A stretch of 64,000 bases of DNA from Blasia pusilla (Eukaryota): assembly GCA_050084515.1 (NCBI GenBank), contig CM114271.1, positions 12,648,001 through 12,712,000 of the forward strand, written 5' to 3'. This document shows positions 15,261 through 28,119 of this stretch, piece after piece; within the stretch, counting starts at the first letter, position 1, and every line of letters starts with the position of its first letter. The position numbers and the translations under genes were made by a program. Below the pieces are notes generated by a model. That model made no database searches and was not told the origin of the DNA. It saw only the letters and a list, made by a program, of their open reading frames with translations.

Positions 15261-18200
15261 TTCCTATCAAAGGATTGATAGAGGATAGAAAGTTGACTAG
15301 ACTAGATGCAAAAAGAAGATGGTACCTTAAAAAAAATCTAATCAAAAGAGAGCATCATATATTTTTATTTCTTAATTTATTAACTAGAGAACCAAAGATT
15401 TTTTGAAAAAAATTAAAATTAATATCAACATTTGAAAAACAAGACACATGGTTGTCACAAAAAGTATAACGTTCCTAAACCTCTACCTTTGTCCTCTAAT
15501 TAGAGGTTTGTTATTCAAACTTTGATTAGAGTATGAGTTAATAGTCAACATAAGAAGTAATAATATCCACCCTCTCATTTATAGAAAATATGTCTTTTCC
15601 TAAAATTGACACATCTTACATACATGCCCTTTTTCTTTAGAATTTGGAAACGTCTTTCATTTCGCCCTCCCATATTTTTCTCTTCTCATTTGAAAACCTC
15701 CCTACTCTCTATGCTCGAAAAAAAATCTACCCATGCACTTAAAAAATAATTAAAAATCCCCCTGTGAACACTATCATGGGTATTGTGTGTAAAAGCATTA
15801 AAATAGTTATCTTATCCTAAAAAAGCAGGCGGTGATACAATCTCCTATAGAAATATCATGGTTGTCACTCGAGTATTCGTAGGCCTCTCCTCAGTACCTT
15901 GAAACTCTTCTTTTACATGATCTAACGAAGTAATGGAAAATCCCTCATGCTATAATAATTCTTATCTTATTGCCATTCTTTACTAATTCTTCACCTTATC
16001 CTAAAGAATTATTTAGTTTCAATGGGAAGGGTCATCAACACATGTCCCATAGTGTTTGTAGTACCTTGTTGAACCATCAATCTACTAGGGTAAAACACAT
16101 GGCCAATTAAAAATAGGTTTTGATAACGTAAAGAAAATCAATTCACCCCATTCCTCCAATTAAAACCCCACTCCTCCATTTTTTTAGCAATAAAACATCT
16201 ACCAAAATTTTTGTCACTAATATGGCTATTGTAAGGTTCTATTATGAAAAAAATTATAGAAATGTTATTAATTTATTTTATTAGTTAGCATGCTAGTGCT
16301 TGCGTACCGAAACAATTTATAGAATAATCTATATATTTGTACATTGCAATATTTAAAGATAATCTCCACTTTCTTAAATCTGGAAAGAATAATAACATTC
16401 CACTCTTCAATTAAAATTTAAATAATACCCCACTCCACTTAATATTTTCATCCCTCCATGTAATGTTAAACAATATCTATTTTACCCACCCAAATAAGTT
16501 TCATAAATAATTAATAAAATTATTTCCTTGTTCCATGCAAACTCATATTCCTTTCCAAAAGTATCAAGTCTGAATTAAGAGACAACGTTGTAAAATATTT
16601 TTCCTTATGTGCGTCAAAGTTCGCCAATAATAATATAACTAAACACATCTAACGTATGAAAAAATCCAGTTTTTAAAGTGTACTTTACAATTATTTTGTA
16701 GAAAAATGAAGTATTTTAATCAAACTAGGAACTTGTGACGGAGTATTAACAAAGGCTTTCCAAAGCTTATAATAGGAGTTCTTTCCTAAACGTATGTGGA
16801 AGCAATCCGAGGTTACTAAATATTTTGAAAGGGAATATTCGAACGCCCCGTTGTATAAAAAAAGTGGCAGCCACGGAAGCGGTAAAGTCTGAAACCATGA
16901 CAGCACACGGGACACGTGAAGAAGTCGTGAAACCAATTGACTAAGCGCAAGAACAAATAAAAAGGAGATGCGGAGAGGGAGAACTGAAAAAGATACCGGA
17001 ATCTTTGGGACGTGGGGACCAATTTATTGGAGTTTGCATAAATGGAAACTCGCGTAAAAGAATAAAAACATGGATAAATTGGAAATCGTATGATTTTGGT
17101 GCTCAAAGCAACACGTGTCGTCACCGTATCACTTTACAGCCTGATAGCATACAGTGGGGACGACAAATGGAGTCCGGTCGATTAATACATGCGCACACGA
17201 AAATGGGGGTTAGAAAAGAAACGAGACCAATGAAGTGGAGCTCGAACACACTTTCTCCGCTCTTCCTGGGAAACACTAAACTTTGACCATATCATGGTCA
17301 CCCTGAGATTTATTTACCATCGTTTCTTAGCTATAGGTGCGTTCGTTCATGGACACTTTCTTTCCAACTTTGGGAAGCTATGACCTACTAACAAGTTGTC
17401 GTGCTTTATGTGTACGAAGATCTAGGGAGTTTAAGAGCTATCCACACATTTAAGAGATATGATATGGGATGATGTTCACGAAAAGAAATGGTAGTTATCA
17501 CAACCATGACCACTAGTTTAAAAGATGGAGATATAGATGAGGCATATTATTCTAGTGAAAGTGAAGAGAGGTTATCACATTCATAATCCATTTGTGTGGG
17601 AATAAGAAATTCTGAATGTATGTCTATATTATCATAACAACAAATGTCTCCATCCAAGATCAATCAAAAAATTGTCTTTCCTCTTTCTACAATTGGACAT
17701 AACCTATGTGTTTTTTTTCTTTTTATACTTCTGTTCAATATTATCGATGTCAAATACTCAATTTAAGAAAAAGTATAAATTGTAATAAAATGTTTTTTTA
17801 ATTATTACATGAGTTGCACTAAGTTACACCATATATCTTTCAAAATTGATTCTCCACAACATATTTTCTACCGCAAATGCTCCCACCTAAAGAAATCATG
17901 TGTTTCATAAATCAAAACCACACATTATAATCATCGTCACAGCCTCTACAAGCACTTTTTTCTTTCTTTCTGTCCATCTAACTTATCTTACACACATGTC
18001 TTGTAAATTCTTAGTTTCACGCTTACTAATTACTTTCTTTCCCACCCTTTTAAGGTCTAAAGGCAATACTTTGATTTAATATGAACACTTTACTTCAAAT
18101 TTAACTTTTGTAGGGATAGTATAATCCTCACCCACATATGTGTTTACATTATATATCCAATTCATAAGAGTTTAATGACTAGTTTTTTTTTCCCTTCTCA

Positions 18201-19805
18201 AAGTTCCGGTACATATGAAGGTCGTCGTAGGGCTCACTTTCCACGCCCATCTGAAAATGTTTCTGACTCTCCTCCGAGGGCCATCGCTACGGACCGAGCA
18301 GGACACGTTGTGCTGGCGTCGTCTTCCGGAGTAGCCCTGCGCGTGTTTGCCGTGGACAGAGGAGAGGACTCCAAGATCAGCATTATCCATCCGAACGCGA
18401 GAACGTGGGGACATAATGAAGACGGAGGAGGCGGCAAGTCTGTGGCGAAACTTCTCTGTTGAGTTTTCCTGGGATGGATGGATGGATGGATGCTATTGCA
18501 GGCGTGTGGCCTGCAACTCAGTCGAGCGAATATGTCCCGACTCCCACACGACTGAGTACCCGGTCAACCATTCGACCAGCCGCAGTTCAATTTGATACGA
18601 ATGTGGCAACCGCGCCCGTCCACTTCTTCATATTTTCGTCATTATTCTCCTGAAAACGGCGAAAGAAACGGAATGTGAAAGCCATTGTAATGGATGTTTG
18701 AGGAAGGAAGAAAAAGTAATCTATCTAATACTTTCCCACTCCATATGACAAAATAGTGAGATAATACGACCAAAAAATAATATTTTTGAATTCTGTTCTT
18801 TTAAAAATAGAGAAGAATAGAAACAAACTTTTACTATCAATTAATATTTTTATTTGATATTATAATGGGTGATTATAATTTCATAAAATATAAAAATGAT
18901 TATGAATAACCAAAATGTTGAAATTTGTGTCTTGACTCGTAGTTGATGGAAAAGGAAAATAGATTTGAATGGAGAAGGATCAGATTTTCTTAAAAAAATT
19001 TCTGGAAGGATAAAATTACTTATGGCATTGGAATATCATTTAAATTTGAACATAGAATTGTAATTACTTAGAAGGGTGGAATTTTTTTACTCTTCTAAGA
19101 TTTTAGAAATTAGAAATTATATTAAAATTTTGAAAATGAAAATTTGATTATTTAAGAAAAGAATTTATTAATTCACATGTGATATTTTGGGAAAGGATAA
19201 TAAATTTTAATCGAAAAGGAAAAATATTTTGCTAATGAAAATAAACTAATAATTTAGTTAGTGATTGTTATTTTGGTGGGAAGAGTGGAAGGGGAAGAAT
19301 AGTTATTGTTCAAACTTTTACGGAGGACTGTATTTATTTTAGGGGAGATGGGCATTATTTAAAGGTGATTTTTTCTTACGCTTTTAATATTGGAAAATAT
19401 AAATGATACTTAAAATTTGAAATTACATATAATTTCAATTTTTTAAGTCAATTTTTAAATTTGACACCTGATTTTTTTTAAAGCCCTTCTATTGAGGAAA
19501 TTATGTCACGTATACATCTCACGGACAACATACTAGTTAGTAAAGAGGGAATACCTAGATGGGGAGGAAAAAAAGAGATTGCTTGCAGGGCATATGCATA
19601 ATAATAATGTGTAGGCATATCACACACCAAAGACAAGCAGACTCGAAATGCACATAGGGGATGAAAGAGCAACGGATGTACTTCAAACATTGGAACTCCT
19701 TCGTGGGATTTGGCATAAAATATCTATTTATGTATTATCATACTTTTTGAAATGTTTTTTCATGTTAAATGAATGTACTTACAAGTCTGTACATGTGCAC
19801 ACATG

Positions 19806-22800
19806 TGTCACATCTGAGTAGCCGATAGGCCGAGATCTATCGTGGATAGGGCGTAGGAGCCAGCGGACTATCTTGAGTGTAACTTTGTCCCATGGTGTTG
19901 GATGAGGTTGAGGATAGGTCCATTGTGTCAGGAACGTCGTTCCTGACAACTTTCATGTTGAGGTCTTTTACAGCCATGTGACTTGTTGACCAGGTCACCC
20001 GCCCCTGGTAACCTGTGCTCGCAGGTTACCAAGGGAAGGGCTATTTTTAGGGGAAGAGCCTTTTGGCTCTTCCCAACCCTATATAAGAGAGGAAGATGGC
20101 TTTCCTAAAGCCATCTTTCTCATGTTGGGCCGTTGGAGCATCTCCCTTGTATGTGTGTGAGCTAGGACTAGGGTGCTAGCGTCCGGATTCCTTGATAGCA
20201 CAGGGTGGACGAGGCTCAATATGCCGATGTAGATTGAGGAGTGGAGTTTTAGGCCGGGTGTGCCGTTTTTACTACTCTTTATTATTACATGAGAAAGATA
20301 TTAGGGGGCTGGTGGGAATTTGTTATTTGCAGGTAGGCAAGCGAGTTGCCTTGGTCGGGAGCCCCTGGAGACGTGTGTGTGACATTTGTGTCATTTTTCT
20401 ATTTGGAAGGCCGTGGGCGAAAGCGGTGTCCGTTTTTCTCAGATTTTGTTGGTGCGGATTGATGGGGGACAGCAGCAAGGTGTAGCGCAGGTTGTGTCGG
20501 CAGGAATAATGTCGTCTTATAGCGCGTGGAATGTCGGGAGTACCGAGGGAGAAGAGTTGGAGCTTGCAGGCGCCAGGGGGTTGTCAAGTAAAACGGCCGG
20601 TCTAGGGTTAGGGCGCGGCGGCGAGGGGCGACCGACGGGCGTGGACGGCCCCCCCTCTCATAATTTCTCTCCCCAAAAGTTGGGGAGGCCCATAGGGGTG
20701 CGGGCCAGGCCCTCCCCCCTGCATTTAGGGCCCAAGGGGCCCGCATAGGGCCGCGGACCCAAGTTTTCTCCAAGTCCCCCCCCCCCTCCAACGTGGTAGA
20801 CGGACCATAGTCGGTCGAGCAGTTGTAGCATACGTGGTTGGCAGGACGGACGAGGTTAGTCTGGGGAACGTGAGTTGAGATTTTCCGGATTTGAGTGGGA
20901 GCCGACCAAGGTGAGTTACGTTATATGCCCCGCGTGGGGATAGACAGAGGGGTTTGCGCGACATGACATTTTGGGGCGTGACAGGGCGTTGCGAGAGTTG
21001 ACGATGGAGGGGCAGTGTGCATGATGCCGACGGGTTGTCCGCATCTGTTGACGGGAGGATCAACATGTTGGTCGAGGGGAGTGTTATGTTGCGGAGATTG
21101 TCATATCATGTGGAGGAGTGCATGTTGACGGTGCAGCAGGTTAGAGGGCGTGATCAGGTTACCCATTCGAGTCCCTTTTCTCGCACTTGTCGTGTGTGAT
21201 TGAGAGTGCTGGGTATCGGGTAGTAGCTGGTGCTAGATGGGTGCAGTGATGGTGATGAGTGTAGATTCTTTTCATGTGTAGCATGTTGGTGGATATACGG
21301 CGGTTGCCGAGTAGGGGTCGCGTGTATGACCCGAAAGAGTGTCGCTAGGTTAGGTGAGTCACTTGGGAGGCTCATGGTGAGCCCGAGTGTTGAGCGTGCG
21401 TGAGGCCGGGTATGTCATCACGGGATTGACGTTAGCATAGGTGAGCTAGTGAGGCATGTGGGAGACTCTCGGTGAATCTGAGTGCTTGAGCGGGTGAGAC
21501 AGGGTTTGTCATCACGGGGTTCTTCCAGGGTTCGGAAGAACGGGGTAGTGCGAGCAGTGGTAGTGGTATGACACGGAGTGGAGTGAGATACCGAGGGGTT
21601 ACCAGTGAGGAGCTCCCTCGACATCCATCCGTGACTGGATCGTCATCACTGGACACTGGGTGTGGTGACGAGATCACCGACAGAGACAATAGTACTTGGC
21701 AGGAGATGGACGACAAGGGCCATCGGGGCATGCGTCGTTTCTCCGGTGCAGTGGGCACCATCGACTTAGATGATTTCATCCAGGAGTTCGACACATGGTG
21801 AGACTTCCAGGAGATACGGACCTCGACACGGTTCAACCCTTTCATGGCATGGAAGGGGTTGTTCCAACACTTGGAGGGTCCTCCGATGGATGACTACATG
21901 GAGTTTTGATCACTATATTCAGTAGAGATCGATGCCTGGAGGATGTATTGGGCTCTAGGGTATGTGTCCACTAGTGGTCGCGAGGCATATGATGGGATTG
22001 TGAGAGGAGAGAGACCCAGACCATCAGCCCGGAGACTAGATGGAGAGGAGGGCAATGAGACAGGCAATGTGGCAGAGACCTCTGGTGGTAGAGGGCCACC
22101 CAGCTTCAGCCCCACAGTGGAGTTCTTCCGACAGGTTGGGAAGAGCTACGTAGGCGTCATTGATCGACAAGTGAAGAGTCTATAGGATTTTCAGCGCCCG
22201 ATCGGGTGAGAGTCCGAGAGAGGCATTCACACGCATGAGGAGGCGATCATTGCTACGTTTGGAGTGACTCGAGGCGCAGTCACCCAAAGATTGGTCTGGG
22301 TTCTAGACCGGAACTACGGAGGAGAGTCCGAGATGCGGTCTTTGATTCACACAATGAAGCCCACATTGAAGGTGGTCTTTGAGTTGTCTGAGCGTATTGA
22401 GCTCAACATGAGTGAGGAGCAGGTAGTGACTGCTGGATTTTCTTGATAGTCGACGGGTCCACGAGCGACGGTGACCCCACAGGTGCCACAACGAGCACCA
22501 GTACCACGTGAGCGGGCCTGTGTGCCTAGAGGGCAGGGCGGGTACCGTGAGCCTATGAGGCAACGACCCGCACCTACATATGTTGCCCAGCAGGGACCGA
22601 TGTGGTCTTGTTGGACGTGTGGAAGGGCCCATAGGCAGAGAGACTGCCCACAGCATGAGAGAGGACCACCAACGCCTCCGATTGCTTAGGAGCCACAGAG
22701 GATGGCCCCACCACAGCACCAGTGTGACCATTGCCATAGATATGGTCACACTAGGGATAGATGTTTTGACCTTCGCCAAGGGGCACGTCCTGAGGTAGGC

Positions 22801-23458
22801 CGAGGGCCTGGGGGCGGTCGTCCTAGAGGAGGTCGGGGAGTTCTTCCTGGACGTGGTGGTAGAGGACCACCACCAGCCATAGGAGATGGAGCAGGAGCAC
22901 CAGAGCCGGCCCTTCTCTCACGCATCGATCAGTTGGAGCAGAGGATTACTGCCATGGCGATGATGCAGCTTAGGGAAGGCACGGAGCTGCGAGCAGCTAG
23001 TGTGACTCCAGTCTCTATCTCTTACCCTGACTCGGGTGAGGATCTCTCCAGTATGGGATTTATGTGTTATGCAGCCCAGGTTGAGGCAGCTGCAGTGGTG
23101 ACTCGGGGTGTTGTGAGAGGCACCGAGCCATCGAGAGGTGGAGTTGAGATTGACCCACCAGAGGGGACCGATGGGCGGCAGGCCAGGGTTCCATAGTCGT
23201 TCACATTGTCGGAGGCACTACGCACACCATCGATGGTGCCTCGACAACCAGCGGTGCCTATAGTTCAAGCACCTACGTCGACGTCACGAGGAGTTGGAGT
23301 GACAACTCCTATGCCGGCTCGAGTGGAGTTCTTCATGTATATGTATGAGTTGATTTTTGTACATGTGTGGATCGACCCGTGTGTGGGGAAGATCGGTGTT
23401 GTATGGTGTAGATGTGACGAGCGATGTATGTTGTGTAGCGATATGTATGCGCACGACA
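19806..23458 (+). mobile_element. Internally deleted relative of the split-direct-repeat retroelement (5' repeat, leader, gag, B-type 3' end)
   Basis: Starts TGTCAC and ends GATGTATGTTGTGTAGCGATATGTATGCGCACGACA, near-identical to the 3' terminus of the 25895-35849 element. Flanked by CATG (19802-05, 23459-62). Its gag is homologous to 33052-33597. Confidence 0.85.
21514..23330 (+). pseudogene. gag pseudogene with two CCHC zinc knuckles
   Basis: RRFSGAVGTIDLDDFIQEFDTW matches RRFLGAIGTIELYDFITEFRSW in the other element. Knuckles CWTCGRAHRQRDC (~22608) and CDHCHRYGHTRDRC (~22723). Multiple stops and frameshifts. Confidence 0.85.
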
Positions 23459-23869
23459 CATGCCTACAAATTCAATTTTAATTTTGATGTTGCCAACACA
23501 TTTTTTTTTATCCCACTATCATATATCAAGTAGATAATGTTCAAATATGCAACTAAAATGTAATAGGGCTACTTAAATCCGGATTATAGCCAAGTTCGGA
23601 GACCCTTGGATGCCCTTCTTATGGTGGAGTTTTGTTTGGAGAAAACATCATCTTTTTTGGTGTAACATTCTTTCAAACGACACTCCCATAGGGATATCCG
23701 AAAGAGCATTTATTCCTCTTTTGCATGATTAAAAAAAAGCAAAATAAATTTTAAATTAATATTATTAAATAAATTCCACTAGTGTGAACTCAACAATGAT
23801 TCCTAGCTTCCTAAAACTTATTTCCCCGTGGGGAAGAGTTGAGTGGCCCTAGTAGTCACTTCATATTAA

Positions 23870-24479
23870 TGTCATGTCTTTTATGATCGATTGATAAATG
23901 ATCAATGGCCTTCTTATAAATTGTACATGCTCTTTCAAGGAGATCAGAGGATAACCTCAATATGTCAAGGATGAACAACTGAGATCACGAGTAGCCTAAG
24001 ATGTCAAGTTTTCTTTTCCTTTTTTGTTTATTTGAAGTCATGTGGAGGAATTTACTAGTAAGTTGTTATTATGAATATTGTTGACTTTGCACTCTTGGAA
24101 TTGGGCCCTAACCTCCTACAACAAGTCAAGAGCCTAGGAGGTAACCTATGAGCAGAGGTTACTGGGAAGAGAGTTTGGGAAGAAGAAAAGTGTATACCCA
24201 AAGAGAAAGAGCTATGGAGCTCATTCTCTTTTTGTTAAACATTTTGGCATGAGATGGGGGACTTATGGTCCTCCTTACCTAATGAGTCTCTCATTAGGTG
24301 AGTGATTTTGGTTTGATATGATACGAGTACGAGAGAGAGAGAGAGTACCATTTGGAGTGATCTTGATTTATTGGAGATATTTTGGTATATGATCATCGGT
24401 GTTCAGATGCCATTAGTGAGTATGATATCTTGTGTTTATGTGCTTGTAGTTAGTGATAGTAATTTATATGTGCACGACA
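23870..24479 (+). repeat. Solo A+B terminal unit of the split-direct-repeat family (diverged)
   Basis: Begins TGTCA and carries A motifs (TTGTTGACTTTGCACTCTT, GAGCTCATTCTCTTTTTGTTAAAC, TCTCATTAGG), then the A/B join TTTATTGGAGATATTTTGGTA, and ends TATGTGCACGACA. Flanks are TTAA/TCAA. Confidence 0.75.
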
Positions 24480-25039
24480 TCAATCAATAGCATCTCTTTT
24501 CAACAACATGCATGAGATTTATGATTATAATTAATAGACATCAAAAGGTGACTATTATGTTGCAGTTGGTATTTGAAAGAAAAAGTTTACATGTGTATGT
24601 ACTTGTAAAAGAGAAGTACTTGGAGCTTGAGAGATAATTAATTATCTTTTTCAATCCAACCTAAGAGTGTGGTAGTTGGAGCAAACCTACAAGTGTAGTC
24701 ATACAATCTTATCCAAGAGTATGGGAAATTGATAAAAGGTTTAACTAGTCTTATAGTGTGATACAATTTTGTGGAACCCATGTGATACTTCTCTCCAATA
24801 TGTCTCAAACTAGGATTGGAGACATTACCAAATTCTAGCATCTACCTTCATGTGTGGAAGCATACAGTAACCTTGTTACTAAGATCCTAAAAGTTGTTTG
24901 GGATAGTCGATGGAATTATACCCAACCCTTTCACTCCTCCACCTTCTCCTATGGGCACTATAACATATGTTCATAACATATAGCGACGAAGGAGGAGTGG
25001 GAGCATAAGGATGCATCAAGTTTGTCAACCAAAACAATA

Positions 25040-25890
25040 TTTTTGGAGAATAAGAGGTCTCACATGTGAGTGCTTGCAACCATGCTTATGAAGCTTGGCG
25101 TGCCCTAAATCATCTTTTCCAAGCTCAATATATGACCACGGAGATGCACTTAATGGACAAGTTTTCATCCATTAAGATGGTGGAAGGCGAAAATGTTGCA
25201 AAAAACATACATATATTTAGATCTATCTTGGAGCAACTTGGGACAAACAAAGTAAAGATATCATAGAAGGAAACTTGACCATCACTTGTGAGGAATATGC
25301 CTTAGTGATGTTGATATTTCATGAGTATGTTCCTTGAAAGGGCAACAAGATCTAACTTTAGAGAGTCGCACCTGAAGTCTTCTGCAAGAAAAGACAATGC
25401 AAAAGAACCATGGGGGGGATAAGAGAGGCTTCTATGGCACGTATATCTCAAGCATCTCAAGAAAAATTCCATGGAACGAAGAAGAAATACCTCAAGCATC
25501 TGGATCAAAGAAGACTACAAAAGAAAGGAAAACTAAAGTGCTTCTATTGCAATGAACCTCGTTACTACATCAAAGATTACTTTAAGAAAAAAGGCCAAGG
25601 AAGGAAATAATTTTCTCAGGGGAGGAAAAGAAGAGGAGAAACCTCAATACCAATAAGGAAACTTTTTGTAACATCCGCTATTTTTTATGACGATGGTTAG
25701 CTAAGGAGAGAAAGAAAATTGTTGATATGTTGATTCTATTGTCATGCTAACACATGGGGAAAGTAAGGCAAAGGTGAGGCTCACGGATGGAAAGGAGATA
25801 ACTTCTGCATATGTATTTTATGTACCTAAACTTGCAAGGAATATCTATCTTCTCCATCTATCAATTAGATGCAACCAATGGGCAGATTAG
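25040..25890 (+). mobile_element. Ty1/copia gag-protease relic, interrupted by the 25895-35849 element
   Basis: UBN2-like gag (AYEAWRALNHLFQ...LMDKFSSIKMVEGENVAKNI), degenerate knuckle KCFYCNEPRYYIKDY, decayed protease region (*YVDS, YVPKLARNISIFSIYQL). Confidence 0.75.
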
Positions 25891-25894
25891 CATG

Positions 25895-26024
25895 TGTCGT
25901 GCGCATACACATCGCTACACAACATACATCACTGTTATCGAACACACACACACAAACACACACGATCCCATGCTAACTCATGGCATCCATACACAAAGGC
26001 AAGAAATACCAAAATATCTCCAAT
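25895..26024 (-). repeat. Repeat B2 (3' terminus)
   Basis: ~130 bp, differs from 26539-26666 by about 7 substitutions and a 2-bp indel. Confidence 0.9.
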
Positions 26025-26536
26025 AAAGTAAGATCCAATCTCTCTCTATACCATCTCACACCATAGCTCTCAAAGGTGTGCACTCTCTCTCATGTCAAAC
26101 CAAACCCACTCTCCTAATGAGAGGCTTGGGTTACACTCACAAGGCAAGGGACCATAGCTCCGCCGCCTTATGCCAAGAGGTTCAACAAAGAGAAAACGAG
26201 CTCTCTAGGTCTCTCTCTTGGTGGTACACCCCCTTCCCTCTCCCAAGCCCTCTCGTCGGTAATCCATGCTCGCAGGTCATCTCCTTGGCTCTTGACGTGT
26301 TGTAGCGAGTCAAGGGCCACTTCTAAAAGTGGAAAGTCAACAATCCATTACATGGAAACTTACTTGAAATAGTAAGTTTCTATATATGGCTCCAAATGAG
26401 TCGAAACGAAGGGGGAACCTGCTCTCTTAGGTTTCTCGGGGCCTCAACAGGTCATCCTCGATCTCCTAGGTATGTCCTCCCCTACTCGTGCAGACGTTTT
26501 GCTAGATCCCACCGATCTATCCTAACAGTCGCGACA
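26025..26536 (-). repeat. Repeat A2
   Basis: Direct repeat of 35276-35849; element-sense start TGTCGCGACTGTTAGGATAGATCGG. Confidence 0.9.
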
Positions 26537-26538
26537 AC

Positions 26539-26666
26539 TGTCGTACGCATACACATTGCTACACAACATACATCGTTGTCATCGAACACACACACAAACA
26601 CACACGATCCCATGCTAACTCATGGCATCCATACACAGAGGCAAGAAGTACCAAAATATCTCCAAT
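26539..26666 (-). repeat. Repeat B1 (internal copy of the 3' terminus)
   Basis: Copy of 25895-26024, preceded in element sense by a short purine-rich tract AGGGGGCG and joined to A2 through 2 nt. Confidence 0.9.
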
Positions 26667-26857
26667 CGCCCCCTAGCTAGTGGTTAGGTCCCTCTAACTC
26701 TAGATAGCCATCTATCCCTACCTACCACGATATACATCTCTAAGACGCTAAGAGTAGAAAGGCCGGGCGCTCATATGACCTCATCGTTAGTCGCCTTCCT
26801 GTCATCCATGTCAGAGAAAAAGTAAGAATTGAAACCTACCTAGTATCTCCTCTATGT

Positions 26858-26992
26858 ATATTTGGGATACATCCATCGTCCCCGAGGAACCCTAGTGAGA
26901 GGTGGCGTCAGACATGCCATATGCCAACCTCTCGAACATCCATCACAGACTAGCATCGTGGCCGCACTAGGAGTAGAACCACACAACATACA
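26858..26992 (-). pseudogene. PHD finger at the C-terminal end of pol, downstream of the integrase core
   Basis: CMLC...MLVCDGCSRGWHMACLTPPLTRVPRGRWMYPKY fits C4HC3 PHD spacing, with the last two Cys read as Tyr. Confidence 0.85.
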
Positions 26993-27229
26993 ACGCAAGC
27001 CTGCAAGAGCTACTGCTGAGCTCGGATCTATTGTACCATCAATGTTAGGAAGGTGACATGGCGCACAATTACACACATGGTGCTTCCATACCATACCATC
27101 GCATCCTTCCAGCAAGAGAACACTGCATGGCAAAATGTCACGCAATCTCTGGATAGTGCGCCCTACAATCACATCCAACGTCATCGGTGCCATTTGCTGC
27201 AAGTAGACATAATCTCCCTAATGAAACCT

Positions 27230-27960
27230 CCGCATAGTTGGTCAATAACCACCACCCCGAATAGTCGCATGTCTCAACATATCCCGATGTTGCGCAATCG
27301 CCAAGTTCTCGAATGCCATGGGCATCACTCTCTGAAACAACTCAGCCCTCTGAGAACATGCTCGCATCCATACATCTGGGTCATCAAGGTCCAAAGACAC
27401 ACTCAAAGATCTCGACAAATGGCCGCAGGTAAATCAGGCTCTCGGCCATAAAGTAGCAAGTACGGTGAAAAAGACGCTAAGGATGTCTGCCTGCCAAATC
27501 TATATCCCATCACCAACCACGGCAACCGGAGGTCCCAATCTCCTAGGCGACCTCTGTGTAAGCCATACTTGCGTAGACCCCTCTTCACCATCTGCACAAC
27601 TCTCTCCGCTAATCCATCCGCCTCAGGATGATCTCGCGAAGTCGTGCGGTGGTCGATCAGTGCCTGATCAAACAAGGCCTGGAACTCATCGCAAAACTCG
27701 GTACCCTTGTCTGTCAACACCTCAGCCGGTGCGCCATAATGACTCAGTACTTTGTCAAGGAAGGCATAAGCTACTCCCTCTCTCGCTTTGTCAGGCAATG
27801 CAACCAACTCGATCCACTTTGAGAAGTGTTAGACCATCACTGACACATAATGACTATGACGCTCCGTCAAAGGCAAAGGTCTTGCAAAATCCAAACTCTA
27901 TCTATACCCTAAGCCCATGGTCGGTAATGGATGCAACTGTGGGGTCGGAGCATTGAACAA
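27230..27960 (-). pseudogene. DDE (rve) integrase core; N-terminal HHCC region not seen
   Basis: LHPLP..GLGYR*SLDFA (D1), HFSKWIELVALP, GAPAEVLTDKGTEF (D2), HPEADGLAERVVQMVK (E), SPYLLLYGREP. Confidence 0.9.
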
Positions 27961-28119
27961 TGCTCGGACACACTAGACCTCGCCATCGAAGTCTCCACAC
28001 TCTAGCTCTCCATAGCCAACATGCCTAAATAGGCTGACACGTGCCATCCTCGCACTAACTCCTCATCACTCTCTCCATGCCATCGAGCTCGAGTCGCATC
28101 TCCTTGACTCGAGCATGGG

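Noticed and set aside
18170-18660. CpG-rich island with a possible minus-strand first exon (MALGGESETFSDGRG then GTGAG)
   Set aside because: No recognisable homology and no downstream exon could be linked.
25895-26666. B-A-B block read as a small TRIM or LTR element with B as LTRs
   Set aside because: The middle part is a copy of the distant 5' terminus A1, B does not have TG...CA at both ends, and there is no TSD around B-A-B; CATG pairs with 35850-53.
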